This document shows, in pieces, positions 34,774 to 47,539 of a stretch of DNA of 64,000 nucleotides (positions are counted from its first letter, which is position 1; the number at the start of each line of letters is the position of its first letter). Below the pieces are notes generated by a model that saw only the letters and a list, made by a program, of their open reading frames with translations, searched no databases and was not told the origin of the DNA. Origin of the DNA: Mobula hypostoma. Its lineage: Eukaryota. The position numbers and the translations under genes were made by a program. The stretch spans positions 18,724,001-18,788,000 of the forward strand of contig NC_086108.1 of the NCBI RefSeq assembly GCF_963921235.1, given 5' to 3'.

Positions 34774-35395
34774 CGAGGGGTGATTGATAAGTTCGTGGCC
34801 TAAGGTAGACGAAGTCAATTTTAGAAAATTTAGCACATTTATTTTTCAACATAGTCCCCTCCTACATTTACACACTTAGTCCAGCGGTCATGGAGGATAA
34901 ATATCCCTTCTTCATAGAAGTCGGTGTCTTGGACCTCCAGAAAGTGGTCCACAGCAAGTGTGATTAATAAGTTTGTGGCCTAAGATAGAAGAAGATGAGT
35001 TATACTGCTGTCTTTACATGCACGTGCAGTTCAACTCTTTGGGTTATTGTGCAGAAAGTTTGAAGTTAATAACATCTCCTTCTACCTTAGGCCACAAACT
35101 TATCAATCACCCCTGATGAGTTATTAACTTCAAACTTTCTGCATAATCACTCAAAGAGTTGAAATGCATGTGCATGTAACGAGAGCTGTATAACTCATCT
35201 CCTTCCACCTTCGGCCATGAACTTATCAACTATCCATGCTGTGGACACTTTCTGGAGGCTCAAGATCCGTATGCTCCACAACCGCTGGACCAAGTGTGTA
35301 AACGTAGGAGGGGACTATGTTGAAAAATAAATGTGCTAGGTTTTCTAAAATTCACTCCTTCTATCTTAGGTCATGAACTTATCAATCACCCCTCA
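34774..35395. mobile_element. Mariner-derived fold-back MITE
   Basis: TA|CGAGGGGTGATTGATAAGTTCGTGGCCTAAG ... CTTAGGTCATGAACTTATCAATCACCCCTCA|TA; long inverted arms; no ORF. Confidence 0.85.
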
Positions 35396-37359
35396 TATGT
35401 CAAAGACACAGGAAATAGAAATAGTCCAAATGGTGAATTAATTAGGTGGACATGTTACAATGAAACAATGTCAGGAATGCTAATGTGGGTCAATTATCCA
35501 GTGGGTACTATTTCACCTCTTTCACGAGTCGCAAGTCACCTATTCTGCATTGACTGCATATTTTCCTGAGTTTGAATTCATTGCTGTCATGAGTTAATTT
35601 AATAATTCTCCATATGAGTTAGCTATGCACATTCCTCCGTCATGAGTTGGCGATATCTTTCCTCCTTAAACTCGCCTGAGGAAAGCAAAACACTGCCGTG
35701 GTCTGGGTACAAAGAGGAACATTGTACTTTAAAAGCAATGTGGAGTAACAGCTGGGCTAACTTTGTGCCTGTGGAGAAACCTTTAGGAAATAGAACCAGC
35801 TTGATACCGTTTCCATGGAGACTTGTAATGGCCTGTCACCCTCAGAATGACAGTGATTAAAAATACTTTATAACTGTTTACCATGAACATCCAAAGGATA
35901 TGTTCTCCAGGCAGTAAAACAAAATGATTGGAAATATTCATTGTTAGAGCTGTAAACACTTAAAGTGCGTCACTATGGACATGATCAAGTGAAGCAAAGA
36001 CCTGCCAGCCAAGTTAAATGATGTTCCATAAATGTGGTTTACTGACTAAACAAATTACTTGATTTGTATATACAACATCGAACATTAAAAAATAGAAATA
36101 ATTCATTAAAGGATGCTATGAATGAACTCTGAAATCATGGCCAAGAGTTACTGTTAACTCACCAGGTTATGCTGTTCTCAATAAAAGCAAACAGCTGGAG
36201 GAAGTCAACAGATCAGGCAGCATCTGTGGAGAGAAATGGACAGTCAACATTTGAGGTCAAGATCCGTCATCTGGACTATGATTTTCTGTAGTTGTGGAGT
36301 AAACTCAGTTAACATATGTCGCCTGTCACCTCAAATTAACCACCTTCCTACTGTCCTGACCCCCAATCACTCCTTCTCACTAATCCTGTTGTTGGCACCA
36401 GTCTGGCAGGCCATCGTATTTGTTCCGCTGTCTAAGTGAAGGCTTGGCAGCAAGTTTGCTAAACACTCCTATTCTGTTCTGAGTAGAACCCCTGATTACT
36501 GCACGTCTTCCCTCATATACAAAACCACTGCTCACCATCTAACTTTCAAGAAGTTGGGGGATTTGCCTTGTGAACACAAATCTTACCTGCTGCTGAAAAA
36601 TAGCATCAATGTCAAACAACACTGCCACTGGTTTTCTTTCTTTTCCAATTAATTTCACCTCCTTGCAGTCTCTCTGCCCCAAATCAGCAATTTTTCTGCA
36701 CACTCACATTTAGAGTCATACAGTCACAGAGCCATACAGCAGGGGAAGTGGGCTCCTCAGCCCAGCTGGGCCAAGCTGAAAAAGATTCATATCTAATCTA
36801 GTCCGTTTGGCCTACAGTATATCTCTCTTAATCTTTCCCATCCATGTACTTGTCCAAGTGCCCATTAAATGTTCTTTATGTACCTCCCTCTACCGCTTCT
36901 TCTAGCAGCTCATTCCATTTCCACACCACCGTCTAAGTGAAGAAGTTGACCCCAGGATCACATTAAATCTCTCCCTTTCATCTTAGAATAATTTCTGCTA
37001 ATATCTATTCCTAGACATTTTTGAAATGTGACATTGAGTTATACTCTGGTTACTTTAATTTTCTGTTCTACTTCTTGTATTAGTCCAGTCCATACCAATT
37101 ATTCCTTCCATACTAAAATGGCCATATGACCACAAGAGATAAGAGTAGAATTAGGCCAATCAGCCCATCGAGTCTGGTCCATCATTCCATCATAGCTGAT
37201 CCATTTTCCCTCCGTGACAGATCAGGTTGGCAATGCTAATTCTCCCGCTAACCTTGCCCCTTTGCCTGTTTGGTCACTCCTCCTCATTCTGTCCATGGTC
37301 TAGTTTCTCCAGTAGTTCACACACTTTTCCCTCCTGTTCTGCATATGAGGGAAGACATG

Positions 37360-39072
37360 CAGTAATCAGGAGTTCACTGATATGTGAGGATAGAAAGCTA
37401 TGGAAGAAAGGAAAAGCGGGGAGGAACACCAGAGGGAGGTGATGGGCGAGCAAGGAGATAAGGTGAGAGAGGGAGAAGGGGTTGGGGAATGGTGAAGGAG
37501 GAGGAGGAATTACCCGAAGTTCGAGAAATTGATGTGCATGCCATTAGGTCTACCCAGACAGAATATAAGGTGTTGTTCCTCCAACCTAGAATGGGAATGG
37601 GAAGTGGAATTAAAATGGGTGGCCACTGGGAGATCCCACTTTTTCTGGTATTCGGACCGTAGGTGCTCAGCGAAGCGGTCTCCCAATCTACGTCAGGCCT
37701 CATTGATATACAGTAGGCCACACCAGGAACACTGGACACAGTGATGACCCCAACAGACTCACAGGTGAAGTGTCCCTTCACCTGGAAGAACCCTTTGGGG
37801 CCCTGAATGGTAGTGAGGGAGGAGGGGTAGGAGGCTGGTGTAATAGTTGTTATGCTTGCAAGTATAAGTGCCAGAAGGGAGATCAGTGGGGAGGGACAAA
37901 TGGACAAGGGAGCGATCCCTGTAGAAAGCCAAAAGTAGGAGGGAGGGAAAAATGTGCTTGGTGGTGGGATCCCATTGGAGGTGAGAGAGGCTGCAAAGAA
38001 TTGTGTGCTGGATGCATAGGCTGGTGAAGACAAGAGGAACTCTATCCCTGGTAGGGTGGTGGGAGGATGGGGTGAGAGAAGACGTATGTGAAATGGAAGC
38101 GATGCGGTTCAGGGCGGCGTTGATGGCGGAGGAAGGTAAGCTCCTTTCTTTGAAGAATGAAGACAACTCCTTCATTCTGGAATGAAAAACCTCACCCTGA
38201 GAGCAGATGCAGCAGAGGTGGAGGAATTCAGATGGTGGTTTTACAAGTAACAGGGTGAGAAGAGGTATAGTCCCGGTAGCTGTGAGAGTCCATGGGTTTG
38301 TAATAGACATCAGTAAGTAAGCTGTCTCCAGAGACAGAGACAGAGAGATCGAGAAAGGGGAGGGAGGTGTCGGAAATGGATCAGGTAAATTTGGGGACAA
38401 GGTGGAAGTAGGAGGCAAAGTAGATGAAGTCGACGAGTTACACATGGGCGCAGGAAGCAGCACCAATGCAGTTGTTGATGCAGCTTAGGAAAAGTGCGGG
38501 ACAGTCACCAGTGTAAGCTTGGAACATAGACTGTTCCATACAGCCAACAAGCAGGCAGGCATAGCTCAGAACCATGTGAGTGCCCATGGCTACACCTTTG
38601 TTTGAAAGAAGTGGGAGGAGCTAAAGGAAAAATTATTAAGAGTGAGGACATTCCACTACATGGAGAAGAGTGGTGGTGGAGGGGAACTGGTTGGGTCTGG
38701 TGTTCGGAAAGAAACGGAGAGCTTTGAAACCTTCCATAGTAAAAATAAGATGGGGGTCAGGGAACCTGAAATCATTGAAAAGATCCAGAGCGTGTGAAGT
38801 GTCACAGATGTAGGTAGGAAGGGACTGAACTAGGGGGGGATAAAACAGAGTCGAGGTATGCAGATATGAGTTCAGTGGGGCAGGAACAAGCTGAAACAAT
38901 GGGTCAAACTGGACAGGTGGGTTTGTGAATCTTGGGTAGGAGGTAGAAATGGGAGATGCAGGGTGCGTGAACTATGAAGTTGGTGGCGGTGGATGGGGGA
39001 TCCCCAGAGTTAATAAGGCTGGTGAAGGTGTGAGAGACAATGTCCTGGTGCTCCTTAGTGGGGTCCTGTTCG
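37360..39072 (-). mobile_element. Older, heavily frameshifted Penelope-like element (RT + GIY-YIG)
   Basis: FYLLPKIHKP, DTSHAL, GVAMGT, LCCICSQ, RDRVPLV, FTCESVGV; homologous to 18532-19778. Confidence 0.88.
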
Positions 39073-40690
39073 ACCACTTTCTGGCTAAAGAAATTCCTCC
39101 TCATCTCCATTCTAAATGGACATCGCTCTATTCTGAGGCTGTTCTCTCTTGTATAGACCCCCCCCCCACTATAGGAAACATCCTCTCCATATCAACTCTA
39201 TCTAGCCCTTTCAATTCTCGATAGGTTTCAAATATGATCTCCCCTCCTTCTTCTAAATTCCAGTGTGTACAGGCCCAGAGCCATCAAACACTCCTCATAC
39301 AATAATCCTTTCATTCCCAGACTCATTCTCGTGAATATCCTCTGAACCATCTCCAATGTCAGCACATCCTTTCTTAGACAAGGGGCCCAAAACTGCCCAA
39401 AGTAGGCCCCAAAAGTGAGGCCTACCCAGTGCCTTATAAAGACTCAGCATTACATCCTTCTTTTTATATTTGAGTCCTCTCAAAATGAACGTGAACATTT
39501 CATTTACCTTCCTCACCACTGACTCAACCTGCAAGTTAACCTTTAAGTAATCCTGTATGAGGACTCCCAAGTCCCTTTACACCTCTGGATTTTGAATTTC
39601 TTCCTGCTTAGAAAATAATGCTTTTATTCCTTCTGACAAAGTGCATGACTATACACTTCCCAACACTGTATTCCATCTACCATTTCTACCCATTCTCATA
39701 AACTGTCTAAGTCCTTCTGCAGTCTCCCTGCTTCCTCAATACTACCTATCTTTGTATCATCTGCAAACCTGACCACAATCCATCAATTCCATCATCCAGT
39801 CATTGAAATATTATGTAAAAAGAAGTGATCCCACACCAACCCCTGTGGAGTATCACCTTTCGCCGGCAGCCAACTAGAAAAGGCTCCCTTTATTCCCACT
39901 CTTTGGCTCCTACCAATCAGCCAATCCTCTATCCATGTTAGTAACTTTCCCACAATACCATGGACTCTTATCTTGTTAAGCAGCCTAATGTGCAACACCT
40001 TGTCGGAAGCCTTCTGAAAATCTAAGTAAAGAACATTCATTGACTCTCCTTTATCTATCCTGCTTGTTATTTCCTCAAATAATTCCAATAGATATGTCCA
40101 GCAAGATTTTCCCTTTAGAAAACCATGCTGATTTTATCATATACCTCCAAGTACCCTGAGATCTCATCCTTAATAATTGACTTCAACATCTTCCCTACCA
40201 CTGAGTTCAAACTAACAAACCTGTAATTTCCTTTCTTCTGCCTCCCTCCCTTCTTGAAAATTGGAGTCTCATTTGCAATTTTTCAGTCCTCCGGAACCAT
40301 TCCAGAAGCTAGATCATACCTCCACAATCTCTAGCTAGCTCTTACAGAACCATGGGGTGCAGTCAATCTGGTCAAGGTGACTTATCTACCTTCAGACCTT
40401 TCAGCTTCCCAAGCACCTTCCCCTTAGTAATAGCAACACACTCTCTTCTGCCCCCCTGACACTCTCAAACTTCTGGCATACTGTGAGGACAGATGTAAAA
40501 TGCTTATTTAGTTCATCTGTCATTTCCTTGTCCCCCATTACTACCTCTCCAGTGACATTTTGCAGTGGTTGATATCTACTCTTGCCTCTCTTTTACACTT
40601 TATATAGCTGAAAAGCTTCTGGTATCCACTTCGATATTGTTGGCTAGCTTACCTACATATTTTATCTTTTCCCTCCTTATGTTTTTTAAA
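39073..40690 (-). mobile_element. Degenerate CR1 ORF2
   Basis: LELFEEITSRIDKG..YLDFQKA, LKVNLQVESVV. Confidence 0.85.
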
Positions 40691-40894
40691 TGCTTCTCAC
40701 TCGTCTTATTTCCTTTTCATTCAACTCCCTGTTTACTTCTCAACATTCTTTATTTCACTTGGTACTGAGTTCTCTGTTTGACTATCTGCTCCTGCTCAGG
40801 CAGTCCTTCGGGACTGGGGGTTATGAGTTTCCTGATGAGACTAATGTTGGAATCATAGACAGGACAGGAACTGAATGATAGTAGATAGTGGATA

Positions 40895-41320
40895 ATGGTA
40901 GCTTATGAAGTGGACTGCCCCTCCTCCTTACACCAGGCTCTGTGAACTCCCAGTGCAAGGTTCTCAACTCAATTCTGAATGCTACTTCTTTCCATTTTGA
41001 GTGGTTATTGCTCATTTTTTCCAAAAAAAATTCTGGTCTTCCTTATGGAAACACTGAGCATATCGTCAAATCTCCCATGGCAGATCTCCGAAAAGACCAT
41101 TTGCTTCTGGTATCTATTCTGGGATATAGGTAACATGTCCTGCCCAGCTTGCTAACCAGAGGTGCTGTGCTGCCATGTTTCCTGTCTCATTAATTTGGGG
41201 AATTTCACTGAGGCAGCAATCGCTGTATTGCCTGTTGTTCCCATTTCCCCCAGAAGAGAAACTTCCTCGTAGTCTATGCCATGTTTTCAAGAAGCACACA
41301 AGTGTCCTTCGCCCTGACTC
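40895..41320 (-). mobile_element. RTE-clade LINE 3' remnant
   Basis: WAGHVTYIP...YQKQMVFSEICHG...HSKW, matching the RTE ORF2 C-terminus. Confidence 0.6.
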
Positions 41321-41764
41321 ATTGTCATGGAACACAGAACATAGAACATTGAACAATAGAGCACCCAAGCATGCTCTTTGGCTCTCCATGTCTGTGCTGA
41401 CCATCAGCTTAAGCAGCACATCTGCCTGTAAACAATCTATATCTCTCTATTTCCACCCAGTTCATATGGCTGTCAAAATGCTTCCTAAAAATCACTTTCA
41501 TAAATGTTTCTACCTGTAGCGATATGTTGCTAGCATCTACTACTCTATGTCAAAAACATGCCTCCCACAACTCCCTTAAACATATCACTTCTCTATCCCT
41601 CTAGCATTTTGACATTTCCACACTGTCAATAAGACTGTGACCATTCACCATATCAATACTTGACTGTCAAGACTCTTATAACTTGATACGCATGCAGCAG
41701 CTCACCACTCAGCCTACAACGCTCCAAAGAAAACCACCCAGGAATGGTTTTGATGATACATTAA

Positions 41765-42620
41765 CTATGCTCCCTGCCTTCCTGCAGGCTTCTACTACCT
41801 ATAGCAGGCTCACCAATGCACCCAGAAAATGCCACAAATAAAATCTCCTCAAAATCCTCCAAATCCACTGCATGTTTAAGTGAAGCAATGTCAGTGGTCT
41901 TTCCCAAGACAATGAATCCAGGGCAAGCAACGGTGTTCACATGACCCTGAACTTCTGGAACAAACGATTCTAAACTTTATGAGATTACCAGGTGGACAGA
42001 GGACACAATCAAAAGCTTCTTGAAGAAATGTACTATCCTCAACATTTCAATAAAATTAGAGTCATAGATTCATAATACAGAAGCACCTACCGTTAATCAA
42101 CCATTTTACTAATCTACGTTAATCCCACTGTATATTCTCACTACGTTCCTATCGACTCCCTCCCAAATGCTCTCTCTCACCTGCACATTAGGGACAACTT
42201 ACAGGCGCTAATTAACCTACCAGACCATGTATTTTTGGGATGTGGGAGGAAAACAGAATGCCCAAAGGAAACCTACATACCACAGGGAAAATCAAACTGA
42301 ACATAGCAGCTGAAATCAGGATTGAACTCTGGCCTGTGGCACAGTAAGCCAACAGCTCTACTAACTGAATACCATGCTTCCCACAAATTATCCACAGAAA
42401 CCTGTTCAAAATCAATCTGTCAACATATTTCTTCCTTTTGGGCAGTTCTCCCAATATCCCCAAGGAATCCTTGACCAATGACCACTTGAAGTGCAGAAGG
42501 AGCATTTGGGGTTGTGTTGAACCCTTGAAATGGGAGTTCACATAAGTCTGTGTAAGGGTAGAAGGAGCATGCCAATTCACAAGTTTCCCACTCGCCGTCT
42601 CATCCATTTTCCTGCCCTGA
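41765..42620 (+). mobile_element. RTE-clade LINE 3' remnant interrupted by a SINE
   Basis: LKILQIH, LPGGQR..KSFLKKC, then (after the SINE) NIPKESLTNDHLKCRRSI; shares CCTTG..TGGGAGTTCACA with the minus copy at ~40940. Confidence 0.6.
42150..42382 (-). mobile_element. V-SINE/HE1-like tRNA-derived SINE
   Basis: Minus: AGTTCAATCC box B, GGTTTCCTTTGGGCATTCTGTTTTCCTCCCACATCCCAAA (V-domain-like), GTAGGTTAATT. Confidence 0.7.
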
Positions 42621-43531
42621 CTCTGAAATGACAGAGAACCTTGAATACATACACCAAGAGCACATGGAGGCCCTGTGTAAGTGGCAGAAGAAATGGACCA
42701 TGTCACAAAGTATACAACTGTCCTCAACAGTACACAAAGTGCTGGAGGGACACTGTCCAGATGAAGGGCATTGACTGTCCATTTTCCTCCAAAATGCTGC
42801 CTGACCTACTACGTTCATCCAGTACATCTGCAGTCTCTTGAGTTTCCATTCCACTCCTGTCTTGTCAAGTACCTCCTAACCCTTTTGTGACATTAGACAC
42901 ATCAGAACCCACAGAACAGGAGGGGAAGCAGGTAATTCTCAATCCCAAGAAATACCTTCAGAAGCAGAACTTCATATATAATATGGATACATCTTGAATC
43001 TGTCTCTGGGGATAACTCCTTTCCCAGAGAGGGCAGAAGATGTGTTGGTTCCCATCAGGTCTGAACTCCATGACTTATCTGAAGGCCTTATGTCAAACTA
43101 TTGACTCTGGCATGAGACTCAGGACACAACACTGCAACTCAGAGAGCTAGCCAGTGACATTTACCATTTTATTACACATAAACTACAGAGCCATTGCCTG
43201 GAAGTTTTTACACATAGAGTGGTATTAATGACTTCCTTATTTTTGAAATTAAATGTTAATAACCAGATACAAAGTGGATTTGTGATTTACTTTATTGCTA
43301 TGATATTCATTTGGACTGGCAGTGGTAGTTTACAGGAGTCTGACATCACTTTGACTAGTTTCTATTTAATTTCACCTGGGCCAATATTTCTGGATGAAGG
43401 GATTAAAGTTGAGTTGATTGCGAGATATTGGACTGAACAGATCCCAGTGCCATAAATGGATTGAATGAGGCAGGAAGCACATCAACAAATATTTGTCTGG
43501 TTCACTCATTAAATCTGCTCCCTGTTCTCTG

Positions 43532-43718
43532 TATAAAGACTAGCCTCTCACTTCCCTTTGTTATTCAGCATTAATTAACAAGGCAGTGTTTGCTCATTCG
43601 TCTGTGCTTATTGCTCAGACTGAGCTCAGTGTAAACAAGGGTGGCTTTGCACGACTGGGTATGTGTGTTTTTGGATGCATATGTACGTGTCCTGTTGCAC
43701 TACAGGAGGCAGGTGAGT
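43532..43718 (+). promoter_or_regulatory. Candidate promoter/5' non-coding exon in non-repetitive DNA
   Basis: TATAAA 43532, TTAATTAAC, TGTTTGC 43587, GTAAACA 43631, consensus donor CAG|GTGAGT at 43712/43713; motif-only evidence. Confidence 0.25.
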
Positions 43719-43929
43719 ACTCAACACTGCAGCTCATAATTCAGTTCGACAATACAGTTAGGCTCCACCTGATTCAAGATCAGAGATTATGTTCAGTGTG
43801 GTTAAGTTGAGACAAAGATGATCTTTCCCTGTAAGTGATATACCTGAGTCTACAAATAAAAAAGCCAAAGAAACAAGCATTGTCCACAATGGCCACCTGG
43901 ATCTCCCAGTATGATCCAGGATCTCCCCG

Positions 43930-45250
43930 GATCATCCTCGATTGTCAAAGATGAGGTTACAGAGTACCTGGAGGCATATGACAAGATAGGCAGAACTCAG
44001 CATGGATTCCTTGAAGGAAAATCCTGCCTGACAAACCTATTACAATTTTTTGAGGAAATTACCAGTAGGCTAGACAAGGGAGATGCAGTGGATGTTGTAT
44101 ATTTGGATTTTCAGAAGGACTTTGACAAGGTGCCACACATGAGGCTACTTAACAAGATAAGGCCCATGGAATTATGGGATAGTTACATACGTGGATAGAG
44201 CATAGGCTGATTGGCAGGAAACAGAGAGTGGGAATAAAGGGATCCTATTCTGGTTGGCTGCCGGTTACCAGTGGTATTCCACAGGGGTCCGTGTTGGGGC
44301 CGCTTCTTTTTACATTGTACATCAATGATTTGGATTATGGAATAGATGGCTTTGTGGCTAAGTTTGCTGACAATACAAAGATAGGTGGAGGGGCTGGTAG
44401 TGCAGAGAGACTTGGATAGATTGGAAGAATGGGCAAAGAAGTGGCAAATGAAGTACAATGTTGGAAAGTGTATGGTTATGCACTTTGGCAGAAGTAATAA
44501 ACGGGCAGACTATTATTTAAATGGGGAAAGAATTCAAAATTCTGAGATGCAACGGGACTTGGGAGTCCTTGTACAGGATACCCTTAAGGTTAACCTCCAG
44601 GTTGAATCGGTAGTGAAGAAGGCGAATGAAATGTTGGCATTCATTTCTAGAGGAATAGAGTATAGGAGCAGGGATGTGATGTTGAGGCTCTATAAGGCGC
44701 TGGTGAGACCTCACTTGGAGTACTGTGGGCAGTTTTGGTCTCCTTATTTAAGAAAGGATGTGCTGACGTTGGAGAGGGTACAGAGAAGATTCACTAGAAT
44801 GATTCCGGGAATGAGAGGGTTAACATATGAGGAACGTTTGTCCGCTCTTGGACTGTATTCCTTGGAGTTTCGAAGAATGAGGGGAGACCTCATAGAAACA
44901 TTTCGAATGTTGAAAGGCATGGACAGAGTGGATGTGGCAAAGTTGTTTCCCATGATGGGGGAGTCTAGTATGAGAGGGCATGACTTAAGGATTGAAGGGC
45001 GCCCATTCAGAACAGAAATGCGAAGAAATTTTTTTAGCCAGAGAGTGGTGAATCTATGGAATTTGTTGCCACGGGCAGCAGTGGAGGCCAAGTCATCGGG
45101 TGTATTTAAGGCAGAGATTGATACCAGGGCATCAAAGGTTATGGTGAAAAGGCGGGGGAGTGGGACTGAATGGGAGAATGGATCAGCTCATGATAAAATG
45201 GCGGAGCAGACTCGATGGGCCGAATGGCTGACTTCTGCTCCTTTGTCTTA
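43930..45250 (+). mobile_element. CR1 LINE family A, RT to 3' UTR
   Basis: [24 protein letters not shown], long ORF 44385..45350; near-identical to 4790-6855. Confidence 0.95.
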
Positions 45251-45446
45251 TTTTAACCCCCTTTCCCATTCCCACACTAGCTTGAGTGTTCTCCAACTTT
45301 CCACAGCCAGGATGAAATCAAATACAAACTGGAAGAACAGAATCTCATAAACAAGAGGAATTCTGCAGATGCTGGAAATTCAAGCAACACACATCAAAGT
45401 TGCTGGTGAACGCAGCAGGCCAGGCAGCATCTCTAGGAAGAGGTAC

Positions 45447-45482
45447 AGTGGACGTTTCAGGCTGACACCCTTCATCAGGACC
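45447..45482 (-). ncRNA. Hammerhead ribozyme motif (CUGAUGA core)
   Basis: Minus: GGTC CTGATGA AGG-GTGTCAG-CCT GAAAC GTC CACT; stem I imperfect. Confidence 0.65.
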
Positions 45483-45485
45483 TTT

Positions 45486-45521
45486 CATCCTGACGAAGGG
45501 TCTCGGCCTGAAACGTCGACT
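45486..45521 (+). ncRNA. Hammerhead ribozyme motif (CUGACGA core)
   Basis: CATC CTGACGA AGG-GTCTCGG-CCT GAAAC GTC GACT. Confidence 0.72.
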
Positions 45522-45884
45522 GTACCTCTTCCTAGAGATGCTGCTTGGCCTGTTGCGTTCACCAGCAACTTTGATGTGTGTTGAACAGAATCTCATCTTC
45601 CATCTGAATTCTCCATTTTCAAGAGACCTGCTCCCCCTCTGTCTTTCTCTCTCCTGACCCATCACAAAGCCACATCTTTGCAGCACTCTTGGCCCCACCC
45701 CCACCAATCAACACCCCTACCTCTCAATTTATTTCCCTTCCACACCTGCTCCATTTGCTCCTCACACAAACATTCCTCCCAATAAGGATAGATGGCAGAA
45801 AGCTTGGATACAGATTTTGATCACATCAAGCACATTAAAGGAGGGGAGTATGAAAATAAAAGATTTAAAAGTAAGTCTTTGATG

Positions 45885-46570
45885 ATTGGTAGCATTCTGA
45901 CTGGTTGCATCAAGGCCTGGTATGGAAATTTAAATGTTCTAGAATGCAAGTGACTGCAGAGAGTCACACTGGAGACGGCAAATACCGTTAACCTGTGGCC
46001 TCACACACAAAAAGAAGGAAGAGCTCAGCAGATCAGGCAGCACCTATTGAGGGAAATGAAGAGTTAACGTTTCAGACTGGGTCTCCTAGTGAGCCGATAG
46101 AGAGCGGTGAACTCAACCATTCCCAGCACGGGTACAACTCTCCCTACTGGTGAGGACATCTACAAGAGGCAGTCCCAAGAAGGCAGCATCCATGATCAAT
46201 GACTTATGCTCTCTTCTCAGTGCTGCCATCAGGCAAGAGATACAAAAGAAGCCTGAAAATACACCCCTCAAGGTTCAACAACAGGTTCTTCCCTACCTAC
46301 CACTATCAGGATCTTGAACTGATCTGGAAAGCCCATGCACTACCTCAAATTGTCATTTTTCCTCTCTTTCAATCTTGTACGCATCATTATATTTACTTGC
46401 TGTTAGTTTTGCACATGTATAAATTATGAATAATTTATGATAATTTAAGTTATGTTCATTTATGTTTGTCCTCATCTTCTAATGAATTGCTGCTGCAAAA
46501 GGATCATGTTCATGGCACTTACAACCTGTGTGTGTATGTACTTGTACTTGACAATAGACTTGAACTTGCT
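45885..46570 (+). mobile_element. Rex1/Babar 3' remnant with 3' UTR (contains a small PLE remnant ~46000-46085)
   Basis: SILTGCIKAWYG, ALFSVLPSGKRY, RFNNRFFP; (ACTTG)n-type tail. Confidence 0.65.
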
Positions 46571-46989
46571 GCTGGAGTGGACTAGTTGTCTTTTGAGGAA
46601 AACTTGGAAAGGCCAGGCATGTCTCCACAAATATTTGCTTAGAAAAGTGAAAGAGGTCTTGATTGAAATATGTAAAATCCTGAAGATTATATGTGAAGAA
46701 GAATACCTCCTCTTATGAGAAAATTAGGCAGCTGTTCTAAAATAAGGAGTTGACTATTTAAGGCAGAGATGAAAGGAGAATTTCATCTCAGAGAATTCTC
46801 AGAGAATTTCATGTCAGAGAATTATGTGTTTTTGGAAGTCTCTCCCTCTAAGAACAGTGGAAACAGAATTCAGTGTATACTTAATGGAGAGGTAGATGGG
46901 TTCTTGATAATCAAGGATATGAAAGGTTGCCATGTGCAAACAGGAATGTGAGTCAAGGTTACAAACAGATCCACCAAGTTGTGTTAAGT

Positions 46990-47500
46990 GAGCTGGGGGC
47001 AAAATGCGTAATGCAGAGCTCTGAGGCAAAACGTGTAATGCAGGGCTGTGAGGCAAAATGTGTAACACAAAGTTGTGAGAAAAAACATGTAATGTAGGGC
47101 TGTGAGACAAAATGCGTAACACAAAGCTGTGAGGCAAAATGTGTAACGCAGGGCTGTGAGGCAAAATGTGTAAAGCAGAGCAGTGAGGCAAAATGTGTAA
47201 CATAGAGCTGTGAGGAAAAATGTGTAATGCAGAGCAGTGAGACAAAACGTGTAACGTAGGGCTGTGAGGCAAAACGTGTAACGCAGAGCTGTGAGGCCAA
47301 ATGTGTAACGCAGAGCTGTGAGGCAAAATGTGTAATACAGAGCTGTGGGACAAGGTATGTGTGAGACAAGGGTAGTACTGCAGGGCTCAGGGAATAGGTG
47401 TGTACTGCAGGGCTTAGGGAATAGGTGTGTACTGCAGAGTTTAGGGAAATCGTTGTGTTTTGCAAGGCTGTGGGCTATGGTGCGTAACACTGAAACAAGG
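46990..47500. repeat. 27-bp minisatellite (GCAGAGCTGTGAGGCAAAATGTGTAAC)n plus a related variant array
   Basis: About 13 visible copies at 46990-47345; 9-aa periodicity in the overlapping ORFs. Confidence 0.9.
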
Positions 47501-47539
47501 TGTATCGCAGTGTGTGGGTACATCACGAGAGAAGGATTG

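Larger units (their letters stand above)
45349..45582. mobile_element. Fold-back Penelope pLTR insert carrying two opposite-strand hammerhead motifs
   Basis: Perfect 14-bp TSD GAACAGAATCTCAT (45335-45348, 45583-45596); ~95-bp inverted arms. Confidence 0.92.
45250..45780 (+). mobile_element. Ancient Penelope 3' remnant (host of fold-back insert)
   Basis: FNPLSHSHT...KLEEQNL|IFHL, resembling the PLE C-terminus, then a pyrimidine-rich 3' region. Confidence 0.55.

Noticed and set aside
42401..42623. Apparent minus-strand exon (TCATTTCAG|...MDETASGKLVNW...)
   Set aside because: The plus strand reads as the RTE ORF2 tail and matches the RTE remnant at ~40940; the donor is weak and the ORF runs into a SINE.
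46990..47345. CRISPR-like regular repeats
   Set aside because: Head-to-tail tandem units with no unique spacers, no cas genes, vertebrate context.
46814..47526. Overlapping 168-180 aa ORFs with 9-aa periodicity
   Set aside because: Translation of the 27-bp minisatellite in three frames.
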